Positions 53,401 to 64,000 of a DNA stretch of 64,000 nt are shown here, piece after piece. A program made the translations under genes and the position numbers. Numbering within the stretch: position 1 is the first letter of the stretch; each line of letters starts with the position of its first letter. The DNA comes from Raillietiella orientalis (taxonomy: Eukaryota), in NCBI GenBank assembly GCA_036172245.1, contig JAYWIR010000008.1, forward strand, positions 1,116,001 to 1,180,000, in the 5' to 3' direction. The notes under the pieces are model-generated. The model saw only the letters and a list, made by a program, of their open reading frames with translations. It made no database searches and was not told the DNA's origin.

Positions 53401-54939
53401 AGAGCCACCGGGTCCTTCCACACACTGATCGTGTATATCAACTGGTGGCAGCCGTGTCCACTGGTTTCGATCACCCTTACTTCAGGTGTCCCGCCTTGCG
53501 GCAGTTGCCGCGCACTTTATGCTTCCCGTGAGGCTATGCACCCACGCAGTGGGATTCGACCCATTTTGGACAGGGAGGCGGCTTTCCCTCGGGCACGGTG
53601 ACACGCGACGCAGCCAAGTCTGTCGGCGGCCCGTCGAATCCCGGGAACACGCGCAATGTTGCACACTGGGAAAGAGAACGGAAGGCTCCCTTTTTTTCCA
53701 TCGGAAGCAGCTGGTGCCCGTGACATGGACCGCAAGCGACCCGTCCGTCATGATTGGGTGGCACATTCTGCCCTTGATAGTGATGCTCATTCAGCAGTCG
53801 ACCTGCAAGAGCGGATCCTTTGCGACCCTGCTAGGCGGCCCGAATCCCCTCTTCCTCCCCCAACGATGCAAGGTCCCTCCAGCTCTTCCTTGTCCACAAG
53901 AACAGCGCTGAGCTCTTCCGCGGAGGAGGGAGCAGCCGGTGCACGTCCTAAGCGGCCCAGATCATGAAGCAGGTCACGCCAGCAGTTCTGGGCCACGCAG
54001 GCCCTCTGCCTGGCATTCGGGCAAGAGAGTGCCATCCCCCTGTCTCCTCGGCTTTCCGGTACCCATACTGAATTCCTACGAGTCAGCAGCCTCCGACTCC
54101 ACGGAGCGATGTCATCAAAATCCTCCCATCACCAACTCCCCTTTAAGCTTATATTTACAGTCACCACACCTCTGACTACCGCACAAGAGAACATACAAAC
54201 TCCAAGAAACCAAATCACCAGCAAAAATTGGCTTAGCAACGACGAAACACGTCCGTTTCCCTGGAAACGGCAGAGAAAATTGCAGAACGACTTGGAGCTG
54301 TCCTTGCGCTTACTGAAAAGCCGGGATCTATCAGGAAATCTGAAGGACGCCCAGCGGCCCAGCTGACCGCAAGTTGAAGATCGGCGGCGGACCCGTCGTA
54401 CGTAGGGATGCCCCCAATACAGCGGTCACTGCAAAGGCGCGGATGACCTTAGTGGAAAGCAGAAAATTCAGTGCAACCTCTGCAGTGCAAAGGGGAAATA
54501 CCCGGAAGATATGTCCCAGAAAGAACGACGTCCACGGCGCGACTGCTCGGAGCTGCACAAACCGCGTGGCGAAAGGAGCAAACCCTGAAGACCGATCAAA
54601 AAGAAACGCCGGACCAGAGGCCAGCCAGATGTCAGCAACCGAAAAGGGAGAGGAAGGAGAGAATTAGAAGATGGCGAAACGCGTAACCGAAATTGCTCGA
54701 AGCGGAGATCCCTGCGAGCGCCTCCTGGAACCTCCGGCGCGCGCCCGAGATCGATGACGCGACCTCAGCGCCGCCGTCGCGCGGTCTGAGAACGGCCGGC
54801 GACACTCCGCGTCAGACGTGGCGGTGCTCCCCGGTCATTCTCTTCTTGATGCGGAAGCTGTGAAAGGAGAGCAAACCTCCTGTGGAATGGAGAGAGTGGA
54901 AGGTTGAGGATTTTTGGACGCACTTGAAATCGTTTTATC

Positions 54940-55960
54940 TTCGGGAACTGCTTCTGGTGCCATCTTGAGTGGCTGATAAGCCCTTTAGCACTAGTAAATG
55001 TTCCTGTACAGTAGGGGACTTTGCGAAGGAACGTGTTAGGAATTGAAATTCCATTAGGGATGGGCATTTGTCCTAGTTTGAAACGTAAGGGATGGAATAG
55101 AAACATCTTTTGAGCATGATCTTCACTTTGTAATGGTGGAAGGGTAGATCTTGTGCGGAGGCTAAGTGTCTCTTCAGCGATGCAAGGGTACTCCTGGATG
55201 CGAGCATTCTCGAGCCCAATGCCCTGATTCAATTATGCATTTGAGAATCTTTGCAGCTAAGAAACCTGAGAATAGGGTATTGTCCCTCGCAAGTGCCATT
55301 TCCTTGCTAGAGATTGGAGGAATCGGAATCTTGGCGAGCGGCGGGCTGATGGGTGGTTTCGTGCTCGCATGCAAGGATCACTCGTGGGGGTAGGTGAGGA
55401 AGATGTTTGAGGCTACCTCGTTTGAATTCCGGGATCCTTCGCACCAGCTGGGCAATACCAGAAGATGTGGAGGGAATGGGCTCAGGCTTTATTTCTGTAT
55501 ATGGAGGGCTGGCAGTTCATTGGGAATATCGGGATTGCAAGTGGTAGCCATGTTCGTTTGCGGCATCAAGTGGTCATCCCTTGAGGACTTGTTTTCGATT
55601 TTGGAGCACTTCTGGAGCCTTAGAGTTCCAGTTGTTGGAGACTGCCGTTTGAAGCTTCTACGTTGTCTGGACGTCGTCAACTACATCATGTTTGTGCAAG
55701 AAGGAGAGAGCTTCGTTAGCTTGATGGGTGATGGTGGGTTTGTGAGCGGAAGGTGACTTTTTGGTGTCCATCAACGTCTTTCCTGGGATTACTGTTGTTG
55801 AGATTTAAAGGTATGGGAATTACTTGTGGCAGATTCCTGACTGTTTCTGCATATGTTCGATGTAAGGAAAGTAAGGGTGATGAACTTTTGTGGGGCGGAA
55901 GTGATTGCAGGCGATGTGAGTTGGTCAAAAAACACATCCGACAGTAGTTGGAGTGCATTC
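54940..55960 (-). pseudogene. Degenerate multi-C2H2 zinc-finger array, possibly the N-terminus of an R2/NeSL-type retroelement
   Basis: VPYCTGTFTSAKGLISHSRWH (~55020-54960), SNYCRMCFLTNSHRLQ..PH (~55950-55895) and a frameshifted CPA..KRGSLKHL (~55455-55400). Each lacks at least one zinc ligand, and the frames are broken. Confidence 0.45.
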
Positions 55961-56676
55961 CTGCATTTTCCGAAGTTGTCCACTCCTATAAATTCAGGGC
56001 TGTTCCGAATGTAGTATAAGGGAGGCAGAGTGTTATAAAGAACACAGGACCAACTGAAAAAAGTAACATTTATAGTGAGTTCGTGTTTATGGCATATATG
56101 GAATATGGGGTGACCTTCGGGTTTATTTGCGATATCTTCATATACCGCAAAATACTCTTTTGAATCCTTAAACGCTCAGCTTTGTCATGCTGCTTCAGAA
56201 GACTCTGTCGGCCAACGCTTGACCCACAGGTTTTCAGCTGGTAGGCAAAGCATTCCAGAGGTTAGGGCATCTTTTCCTGCCTGCCGAGGCATAGATGTGT
56301 GTTTGAAAAACGAACAAAGTCATCTGACGTTTGAACACGTTTGGGAATGAAGAAAAGGATGCTCCGGGGAGATGCACCACGGGTGCGAATCACATGCGTT
56401 TTTAAGTTTCTTCTTTGGTTTGAGGGTCTGCCAGCAGTATTGAGGAATGCACACTTGAAAATAAGACACGAGCATGGAGAGATTATTGGAATTTGAATAT
56501 ATGATGTCCGTTCACGTTCTAAAAAAGTGGGGGGACTGCGGCTGGTTCGATTGGCTATTTTGTTTGCGTAGTCACACTATTAAAAGATGTGTTACAAAGG
56601 AACGATGAAATAAAAAGGAACACCATGCACTAAAGAGGCACTCATTCTGTTGAGTAAGAGGCTACTTTGGCAGCAG

Positions 56677-58830
56677 TTAGTCTTCTTCCAGTACGACTAG
56701 AGCTTGCGATGTAGTATCCTCGCCCACGCGCTCGATGCTAGTCGTGGGCAGGATGGTCTCGACGACGCGCTGGTACGCAAAACCACTCGGGCATGCAGAG
56801 GAGTGATGCCCGGGGCTCCGCGTGCTCCCTTCGGGAATTTTCGCCTGCACCCGGAACTTCAGCATGGGATGGTCCGAGAGCCCGGTGTTCAGCTCCCGGA
56901 TCCCCTGGATGCAGTTGTTCAGGGCCCGCAAGTGGATGATGTAGTCGATCGGCGTCAGGTTCGCCCCCGTGCACGCGAGGACGAGATCGACGGCCAACCG
57001 CCTGAAGGCATTGGCTACACTCTTTCGGTCGCCTTTCCAGCTTATGTGCAGATCGCCCACCAGGATGAGAAACTCCTTCGCTATGATCTTGCTCTTGACG
57101 AGTTCAGCAAGGGCCCTCGCGAAGGTTCCCTTCCGGTTGTGCGGTCTGTAGACGTTGACCACGAACAGGTGCTCGCGTCCGGCCATGCCATTCGGAGGCC
57201 GAGAACGCGGCCTTCCCATCCGTGGAACACTTCCAGCGGCTCAGCCCCGAGCGGCGGCTGCTGCTGCGACCGACCGATCACCATCGTGGATCACCACGAC
57301 GAAGGATCACCATGACCGACCGATAACCATCGTCTGCCCACGCATCATCTCGGGGACAGCTCGTTCCTCACCAGGATGGCGACCCCTTTCCTGCGCGCTT
57401 CTCCCTGTTGACGAAGACCTGCACCTGCAACTGCTGGTTAAGCTCTGCCTCTGTTTCCGGGAGTCAGGTGATGCGTTTTTTGCGGGGAGCAGATATTCTC
57501 CTGGAGAAGGAACCATTGCTGGTGCCTCCTTTTTCTCAGGTAAGCGCATCCGTTCAAGCCCCAGGATGCGACCCTGATGTTTCCTACGGACGACAGGAAC
57601 TGCGCCATTCTTCAAGGACGGGGGTGAGAGGGTGGGAAGACGCGAGTGGCCGGTACCACCTTCCTCTTCTTCTTGGACTGCTGTGCAGTCGCTCGGGTCT
57701 GTCTGTGATCTGTGCGGCTGGAGGGCCGTTTGGTGGACGACTTGCTTGGGAGTATGTGTCGCCGTCGTCGTCGCCGGAGGTAATGATGGAGCAGTAGCCG
57801 ACCGAGGCGCTGCCCTCGCTCCCAGATGATGCGTAGGCAGACGATGGTTATCGGTCGGTCGCAGCAGCAGCGGCCGCAAGGGGCTGGGCCGCTGGAGTGC
57901 GAGTTCTTGAGCTTCAGTTCGGAGGACACCAGACTTGGCTTCCCCGCCGGGCAGGTCAGGGTGTCCAGATGATTCCTTCGAAGCATAGGGGTGATCGGGG
58001 TTCGAACAGCCAAGGGGTCTTCGCTGGTGGTGGTGGGGAGAAGGAGCTTTTCCTGGGTGAGTTGCTCGCTTTCCTTCGCGCGCAGGAGCTCTCTGCTGAC
58101 GGGCGTCGAGGTGAACGGTTGCGCTTGTTCCTTCGACGGGGTCTTCCTGGATTTCCTGGAGCTGTCGGAATTCGTCTCGTGGGAGGGGGAAACCGGGTAG
58201 GCTGAGGCTGTTGCCGCCTCGCGCTCCTCCTTCGTCTGCTTTTTTATTTTTCTTTTCCTCCTCCTCCTGTTGGCTGGCGGTCTCGAAGCGCAGCTTCTCC
58301 TGGAACGCCGTCCACTCCGCAGTCTTTTCTTTCGTGGCCCGCTGCCTTGCAGAAATAGCAGCGGCTGGGGTGCACAGTCGGCAGCCGAGTGTCCCGACTT
58401 GCCGCACTTCCTGCGCGTGCCTGTGGGGAAGGCCGCTGTGCGGTGTCCGAAGCACATGCACCCTCTGCAAAAGTCAGGTGGCTACCAGTAGATCACCTAC
58501 AGTTTCGTGAAGTGATGGTCGAGGCGCACCATGCTCGGTATTTCGGAGCCCTTGCCCATCCTCAGCTTCAAGACGGCCTGTCCGCTATACGTTTCGTTCT
58601 TGCACATCCTCTCGGTGAGGTCGACCACCAGCCCTAGCTGTTTAAAGTGCTCGTACAGGGTCAGGGTTTGGGTGGCACGCTCGATGCCCGACAGGTGCAC
58701 GGTGGTCGCGGCGTGCTTGCAAAGTCCGCGGATAGTCCTCCCGTTGAGGACGAGCCCGTTGTTGACGAGGTCGTTGACCACGTCGGAGCTATCGGTGTAG
58801 ACGGAGAATCCGCCGACGAACGGCACGCTC
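56677..58830 (-). mobile_element. 5' half of a Tx1/L1-clade LINE: ORF1 (RRM-like plus two zinc knuckles) and ORF2 AP-endonuclease; RT missing
   Basis: ORF1 ~58826-57612 has two TAG stops near 58499/58484, then CRGCMCFGHRTAAF and RRKCGKSGHSAADC (CX2CX4HX4C, each with one Cys lost). ORF2 ATG at 57608, 3 nt after the ORF1 stop: IRVASWGLNG, QKTH, GVAIL, EGR, VNVY, GDLH, IDYI and SDH are the APE endonuclease motifs. Confidence 0.85.
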
Positions 58831-59289
58831 GCCTTGACTCCTGCGGCACGGTGACCTCGCTAGACCGCGTTGCATTTGCCGTGCTCCGAGACGATGGGGA
58901 TCGACGAAGGGTGGAGGAAAGTCGACCCCATACCTCTGCCACGCACCCACGGTCTGTAGGGCCGCTTGGCTTCGAATGGTGCGGATCGCGATGCGCCGTG
59001 GGTGGCCGCAGTCCCGGTTGCCACATCATCTCACAATACCTCGGACGTGTGTGGGACGTCTTTGCTTTCCGTCCGCTGTCCGGCATCCGTTCGGGGAAGG
59101 ACTTGGTCCTTCTGACTCGAACAGCATCTTCCCAGGGCAAGAGCATCTGCGCAGCATCCGCATGTTGTTCGTTTCGCCAACGAGGCAGGGATTCCCGATA
59201 TCTGCTGCTTCGCACCGCTCTGCCTGCGCGGTCACGATCCGTTTTCTTCGTGCCCACTGCCAGCCCACTCCGGAAAAAAAAACACCGCT

Positions 59290-59362
59290 GCCGCGGCTGC
59301 CCTTCTGCGGTTTCCGCGCATGTCGCCGCGGGTTCGAAACCCGCCCGAGGAAAGGTATCGGA
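59290..59362 (+). repeat. Second tRNA/SINE-like head
   Basis: gcgggttcgaaacccgcccgaggaaaggtatcg forms a perfect T-arm (gcggg/cccgc) and resembles gcgggttcgaatcccacccggggaaggatcg at ~45953. Confidence 0.4.
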
Positions 59363-60848
59363 GCCGAAAACGGGGGGACGCTCCGTGAGTTTCGGGTCTC
59401 CTGGCTAGATGATGCCGGTCAGCCTCGGATGTCTGCGGATGCGCCGTTCTGGTTCACGCTGGCGGGATTGCAAGTCGACCCTCCGGGATCCTTCCAGGCC
59501 ATCAAGGAGACCTCCGAGGTGCTCTTCCGGCAGTGAGAATGGAGCTATCCCTCCCCCCCTCCAATGGGTTCATTATCTGGTCACGTCGGGTTACTATGAA
59601 AACAAACGTACAAAGTGCAGTGCCATCGGCCGTACATTACCCTAAGATGCTGGGAACCAACCGAGTAGCCGGCACACAGGCGGGCGAGGATCGCCTGGGT
59701 AGTATAGGTGGGGAGGGGCAGACGAAAATAAAAATAAATCCAAATCAATAAGAAGGACAAAAAAAAGGATCACAAAAAGGCATAGAAAGGGATCACTTTG
59801 CGCTGGGGAGCGTCCTTTGAACAACCTCCAGCACGTTGCAGATTGAGCGCCTACGCCCCCCGGGCACACAGCTTCCTCTTGAGTTCGATCCGAGAAATGT
59901 GGCATTGGTTTTCTGTTATGGATCTTGTCTCGTGCTTGGAATTTCTATGCTATTTTTTTTTTGTTTTACAAGGCAGTTCTCTAAGAAAGCATTCTCTAAG
60001 AAATTCTCACATTTCCACTTAGAAATAAGAGGTAAGAAAGCGAGTTCATCTCAGAAGAGTATGAAACCCCGAACTAAGCAGTGAGGAAGGATAAATGCTT
60101 TCTCCCTGGAGCTGTTGGCATGTTTGATCCATGGTATCCTATTTTATTCATTTTCAGAAAGGATCACACACAAGCAATTTAGGGAACACGACTTCCTTTC
60201 CGCTATCCTGACCCAGATTTTCGTTTCCTGATTCGTGCTCTTTCTTCTGATTTGAAATGCATCCTTCTGGGGGGGTTCATCGAAAGCAGAAGCAGTTTTG
60301 TATTTCTCAGACGTTTTCCATCCGGACCGCTTTTAGAAAATTCCTCACTCGGAGGACTGTCCCTGTAATCCGCACCGACGGCGTCCTTTGAATTTCGTTT
60401 CACACATTCGGAGCGAGAAAAGGAATGCACTGCAATATGGGAGACTTCGCCTCGTCGGCATCCCTCGAACGAAAAGACCCACTTTAGCCAAAACTGATCT
60501 TCTCGTACCGTCGCAAGCTGGACCGTTTGCGGCGGCTGTCAGATGAGTGCCGAGTCCATCTCTCCGGCGAGTTCTGCGAAGAAGGAAGCGAGGAGGAACG
60601 CGGAAATCCCTGGAACCGGGTTCCTTTCACTGCATGGCAGGGAGCGCCATGACCTGGCGTTTCCTCAAATGAGGACAAGCTTTTCTTTGACGTTTATTTG
60701 TACAAAATTCGAAAACTTCGCAGCTCGCAAGCACGCCGAGTGCTTCGCATTCTTCGCAGAGGACGAAGGACGAACACCAACGCATCGGGTCGTAAGGATG
60801 AGGTGCAGATTCAACCGCCTCCGAGAAGACCGCAGCAAGCGAGAAACC

Positions 60849-63800
60849 TCATTCCTTCGCATCGACGATGCCTCCGGCGCCTATGGCAAAAGTCGCTTCG
60901 CTTTCTGGTAAATCGGGACTAAAACGGGAACGGTGTCGGCGCCCTGGTACCTGCTGCTTACCTGTCGTATATCTTGGCGATCCTGATCTCCCCCCTTCCT
61001 TTCCTCAGAGCTATTCTTGTCGTGGAGGCGTGAGCCAACACGTGACCGCCGACAGGCTTCTTCGGGTCAGCCTGAAAGGGGCCTCGCCGTCAGTGCGTCG
61101 GAGCGACAAGCAAGTCAAGGGAGCTGCCCGAGCGAAGCCCGTCTTGAAGCGTTATTCTGGGTTCCATGCCCGCCTCGTGATTCCGTGCAAGAACTACCAG
61201 CTGGCTTGCAACTGATTCGCGTGAGAGGAAAGAAGAAGGGGAGGGGGGGGGGGGGAAAAAAAAAACGCAAGCGTAAACGCAGGGGCGGAAGAGTGCGTAG
61301 GCGGGAACGGGATCGGAGCAGAACGAAGCATCCACTATCGCACGACTGGCACCGCAAGTTCGTATAGGGACCTGAAAAGTCAAGGACGCTCCCGGGTCCG
61401 CTGTCATTTGATTCGTAATAAAGACAGCAACGTTGAATTCCTCGGATATTTTTTGCAAGCGCGAGAGCATCTGAGCTAATTTCTGCTGACGATCTGCCAA
61501 TTCGCCACGGCCACTGAAGTCCACTCGGAAGAGTGCCATGACAGAATCGATTATCTGAAACAGCAGGTGGGGGATCAATGGCTCTCTGAGGCTTCCGGAA
61601 CCCTCGGACACTTAGGCGCGTGATGCTTACCAGGACTTTGAAGATTCCTCCTTCCTCGTGAAATTTAGCGGCTACGTAATCCAAAAGCTCGTACTGATGC
61701 TCGCTGGTGTACGCTCTTGCATACAGTATGTTCTCCAATACCGCCTCTTGATCCAAATTGAAACGATCGGCGATCAATCTTAATCTGTCTGGACGACTAC
61801 CTCATTAAGATTACGGGACAAAACAAAAAAAAAAAAACACTTTCTGGCTTCTTCGATGGGAAAGGCCGGGTCAGACCACTGCTGCGACCAACGGCAGGTA
61901 CGCCTCCAAAGTCACCCGAAGCGGAGAGCATTTTACGCGAGGTTTGCGCATTCAAAGAAAAAGCAACGCACTGCACCTCTCCTCTGGGACTCTGCGAACA
62001 GAAAATTACAGACTTCTGCATAATGAATCATTCTCTGGAAACGCCATCCGAGTTCGTGATGGTCGAAAACACGCCCAAATGCACTTCCCGTGGAATCGAA
62101 AGTGCATCTGTGCATGGCGACCCACCTCGGGTAAGGCGCCCGTGCACCACGGAAGCTGCGCTTCTATACGATTTCCAGTGCACTCGGGGGTCCCGAGACT
62201 TGGATGCAGCAACTGATTAGGCGGATGAGTTTCGGTTGAGAGCAGACGCACAACCGCCAGGAAGAGGACACGGAAGACAATTCCGTGTTTTCGAATTCGG
62301 AAATGAAAAATAATCGCGGTACTTTTTTGATCGGCAGCGATCGGAACTCTCGGAACCATTTGACTGTGTTGTGCACACGAGGAAGATGCTTTATCGGTTG
62401 CAGCTGCTTATTAGGAACACTCACGCGCGCTTTCACCGATTCTTACGGCTGCCGAGGTCGTCGCCTTTCGCAAAACTGATGACAGATTAAACAAACGGGA
62501 ATGAGGTTTGGTGTTTGCCTTTCTTCGGCAATTTCGAACCTCATTCGTGCCAAATATGAGCGTCGGCGTTAGAACAAACGAGCAAAACTCTTTCAGTCAC
62601 ATGCTACAAGTACATTAAATACACCAGCACTCGTACCAGCAAAAGCAACAGGAGAACATCTCGCATACTCGAAGTCATCGCGCTTAAATGACCGCTATTT
62701 ACTTCAAGTGTTGGCAGAATTTTACGAAGCGAGGCTTCAAATGACGTAGACGTTGGAATCAATTTACGATGGGGACTTTTGGAAACTTTGTTCAAACCTT
62801 CAAAGGTTCGAAACTCCAGATTTTATCATTTGCTTTTGGAAAACATTTCCGGCGCAGCTGGCCGAAAGTTTGTTCCGGTGAAGCATCAAAACCGAACAGG
62901 TGGGATACCGAGTCGGGACGGAGTCGGCCTGCATTTGGCAGCCACCACGGGCGAAACATAAAGGATACAACGTATTTTCTGTATCGATGAAAATGACTTT
63001 TCCACCGCTGTATCCATTATCCCCAGGCAACTGAGCCGTGACGCAAATCGTATGAGATAGCTGCGTTTTTCCAGTACGAAATTCACCAAACACTTCCGTG
63101 ATGGACATGCTTTCTATTCCTCCGCCTAACAGTTTGCTACGGAAAAAGAAGAGTTACTGAAAACACAGAGTATTCGCCTTTGGTGATTCAAGTTCAAATT
63201 CAATAAATATACAGACATATAATTAAATAAACACATGTGCAAGATCCCATTTCATGATGCCTACGAAATCAAAATTTCCAATTTTTCGCATTGCTGTTTT
63301 TTTACCATTCATAAATCATGATCAGATGCCTGGGAGCAGAAAGCATAAGATGATTTTCCCAGTTATTGTGAACGACTAATAGCCCCAAGCATCCCGCGGA
63401 CACGCGTGCAGTAATTACTTCCAGTGACACGGAATTCTGACGCTCACTCAGCGAATCGCCATTTCCCAGACGAGCTCGGAACACACAACAGCATCAGAAT
63501 TGCAATCACTTTTTACGTATTCAATAGATTTATTCAGGGTGCTTTTCTTGATGCGATTTCAAGAGTCACAATCAATAGTTTACGTGTCGCAGTTATGTGC
63601 ATGACCAGGAATTCCGGTTGATAATAAGGTAAAATGCCGCTCCAATGGTAACCCTGTTTCCTCACAAGCTCGTAGTTCACTTCCGTGGTTTTCATCTTTC
63701 CCTAAGTACAATGTCACAGGGCTGTGTCTTTCTGAATAGTGTAGTGAACAGTGTGGTATAAAAGTCTACTTTAAAGCACAGATTCATAGCACCAATGTGG

Positions 63801-64000
63801 TGGCAGTGTGTTTATTTTTTGATAACTGAAGCTCAAACTAAAAGAAATGCTCAAATTTCTCAGTCAAGAAGTCCGAGTTTTCTAAATCATTAGAAGCTTT
63901 GATCAGAAGCAACCAAAATATTCGGTTGCTTCTATCAGAATACCTACTCCAATTCTTGGCTGCCTGTTGTAATTCGAAACACCAGTTTTCTCTTATCGCT
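60849..64000 (-). CDS. DMC1: Meiotic recombinase DMC1 (5'-partial; continues beyond the window)
   Basis: Exons (minus): 64000-63948 ([16 protein letters not shown]), 63136-62969 ([29 protein letters not shown]...IDTENT), 61796-61631, 61554-61372 ([45 protein letters not shown]), 61071-60962 ([16 protein letters not shown]), 60918-60849 (DAKE*). [18 protein letters not shown] and GGHVL are DMC1-type rather than RAD51-type. Confidence 0.97.
61797..62968 (-). other. U12-type (minor spliceosome) GT-AG intron in DMC1
   Basis: 5' end GTATCCTTT matches the RTATCCTTT consensus; 3' end aatCTTAATgaggtAG has a branch-site-like motif right before the AG with no pyrimidine tract. Splicing restores TENTF-RPDRL. 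Confidence 0.85.

Noticed and set aside
40000..58830. Idea that the RT relic at 40-41.3 kb is the missing 3' half of the LINE at 56.7-58.8 kb
   Set aside because: Very different base composition and degree of decay, with a probable gene between them.
60849..64000. Alternative call as RAD51
   Set aside because: Diagnostic residues ([20 protein letters not shown]) match DMC1.
1..64000. CRISPR array, operon or prokaryotic defence system
   Set aside because: The sequence is spliced eukaryotic DNA, and no repeat-spacer array was seen.

Overview
Eukaryotic, intron-containing arthropod DNA (sidestep-family gene; NUMT read with the invertebrate mitochondrial code). Most ORFs in the supplied track are GC-rich noise. 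Genes I could splice by hand: (1) a sidestep-like Ig-superfamily gene on + (9 exons, 2693 to ~19111, first exon not found); (2) MAD1 on - (34827-38088, mostly 40-60 nt introns); (3) a candidate 3-exon, 140-aa orphan with an N-terminal hydrophobic anchor and a coiled coil on - (49330-50495); (4) the 3' part of DMC1 on - (60849 to window end), which carries a U12-type intron. Intergenic and intronic DNA holds decayed elements: the 5' half of a Tx1/L1-type LINE with an inverted templated insertion, an eroded L1-type RT, several Gypsy-like pol remnants, a degenerate C2H2 finger array, two related tRNA/SINE-like heads, an ND1 NUMT, and a probable older ND4L-ND4 NUMT split by a ~0.5 kb AT-rich foldback. 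The most interesting points are that MAD1 lacks the RLK (Bub1-binding) motif and has a degenerate Mad2-binding motif, the DMC1 minor intron, the orphan gene, and the sharp GC/CpG mosaic. All alignments and motif calls were made by eye; no searches were run. I did not find a clearly new multi-gene system.
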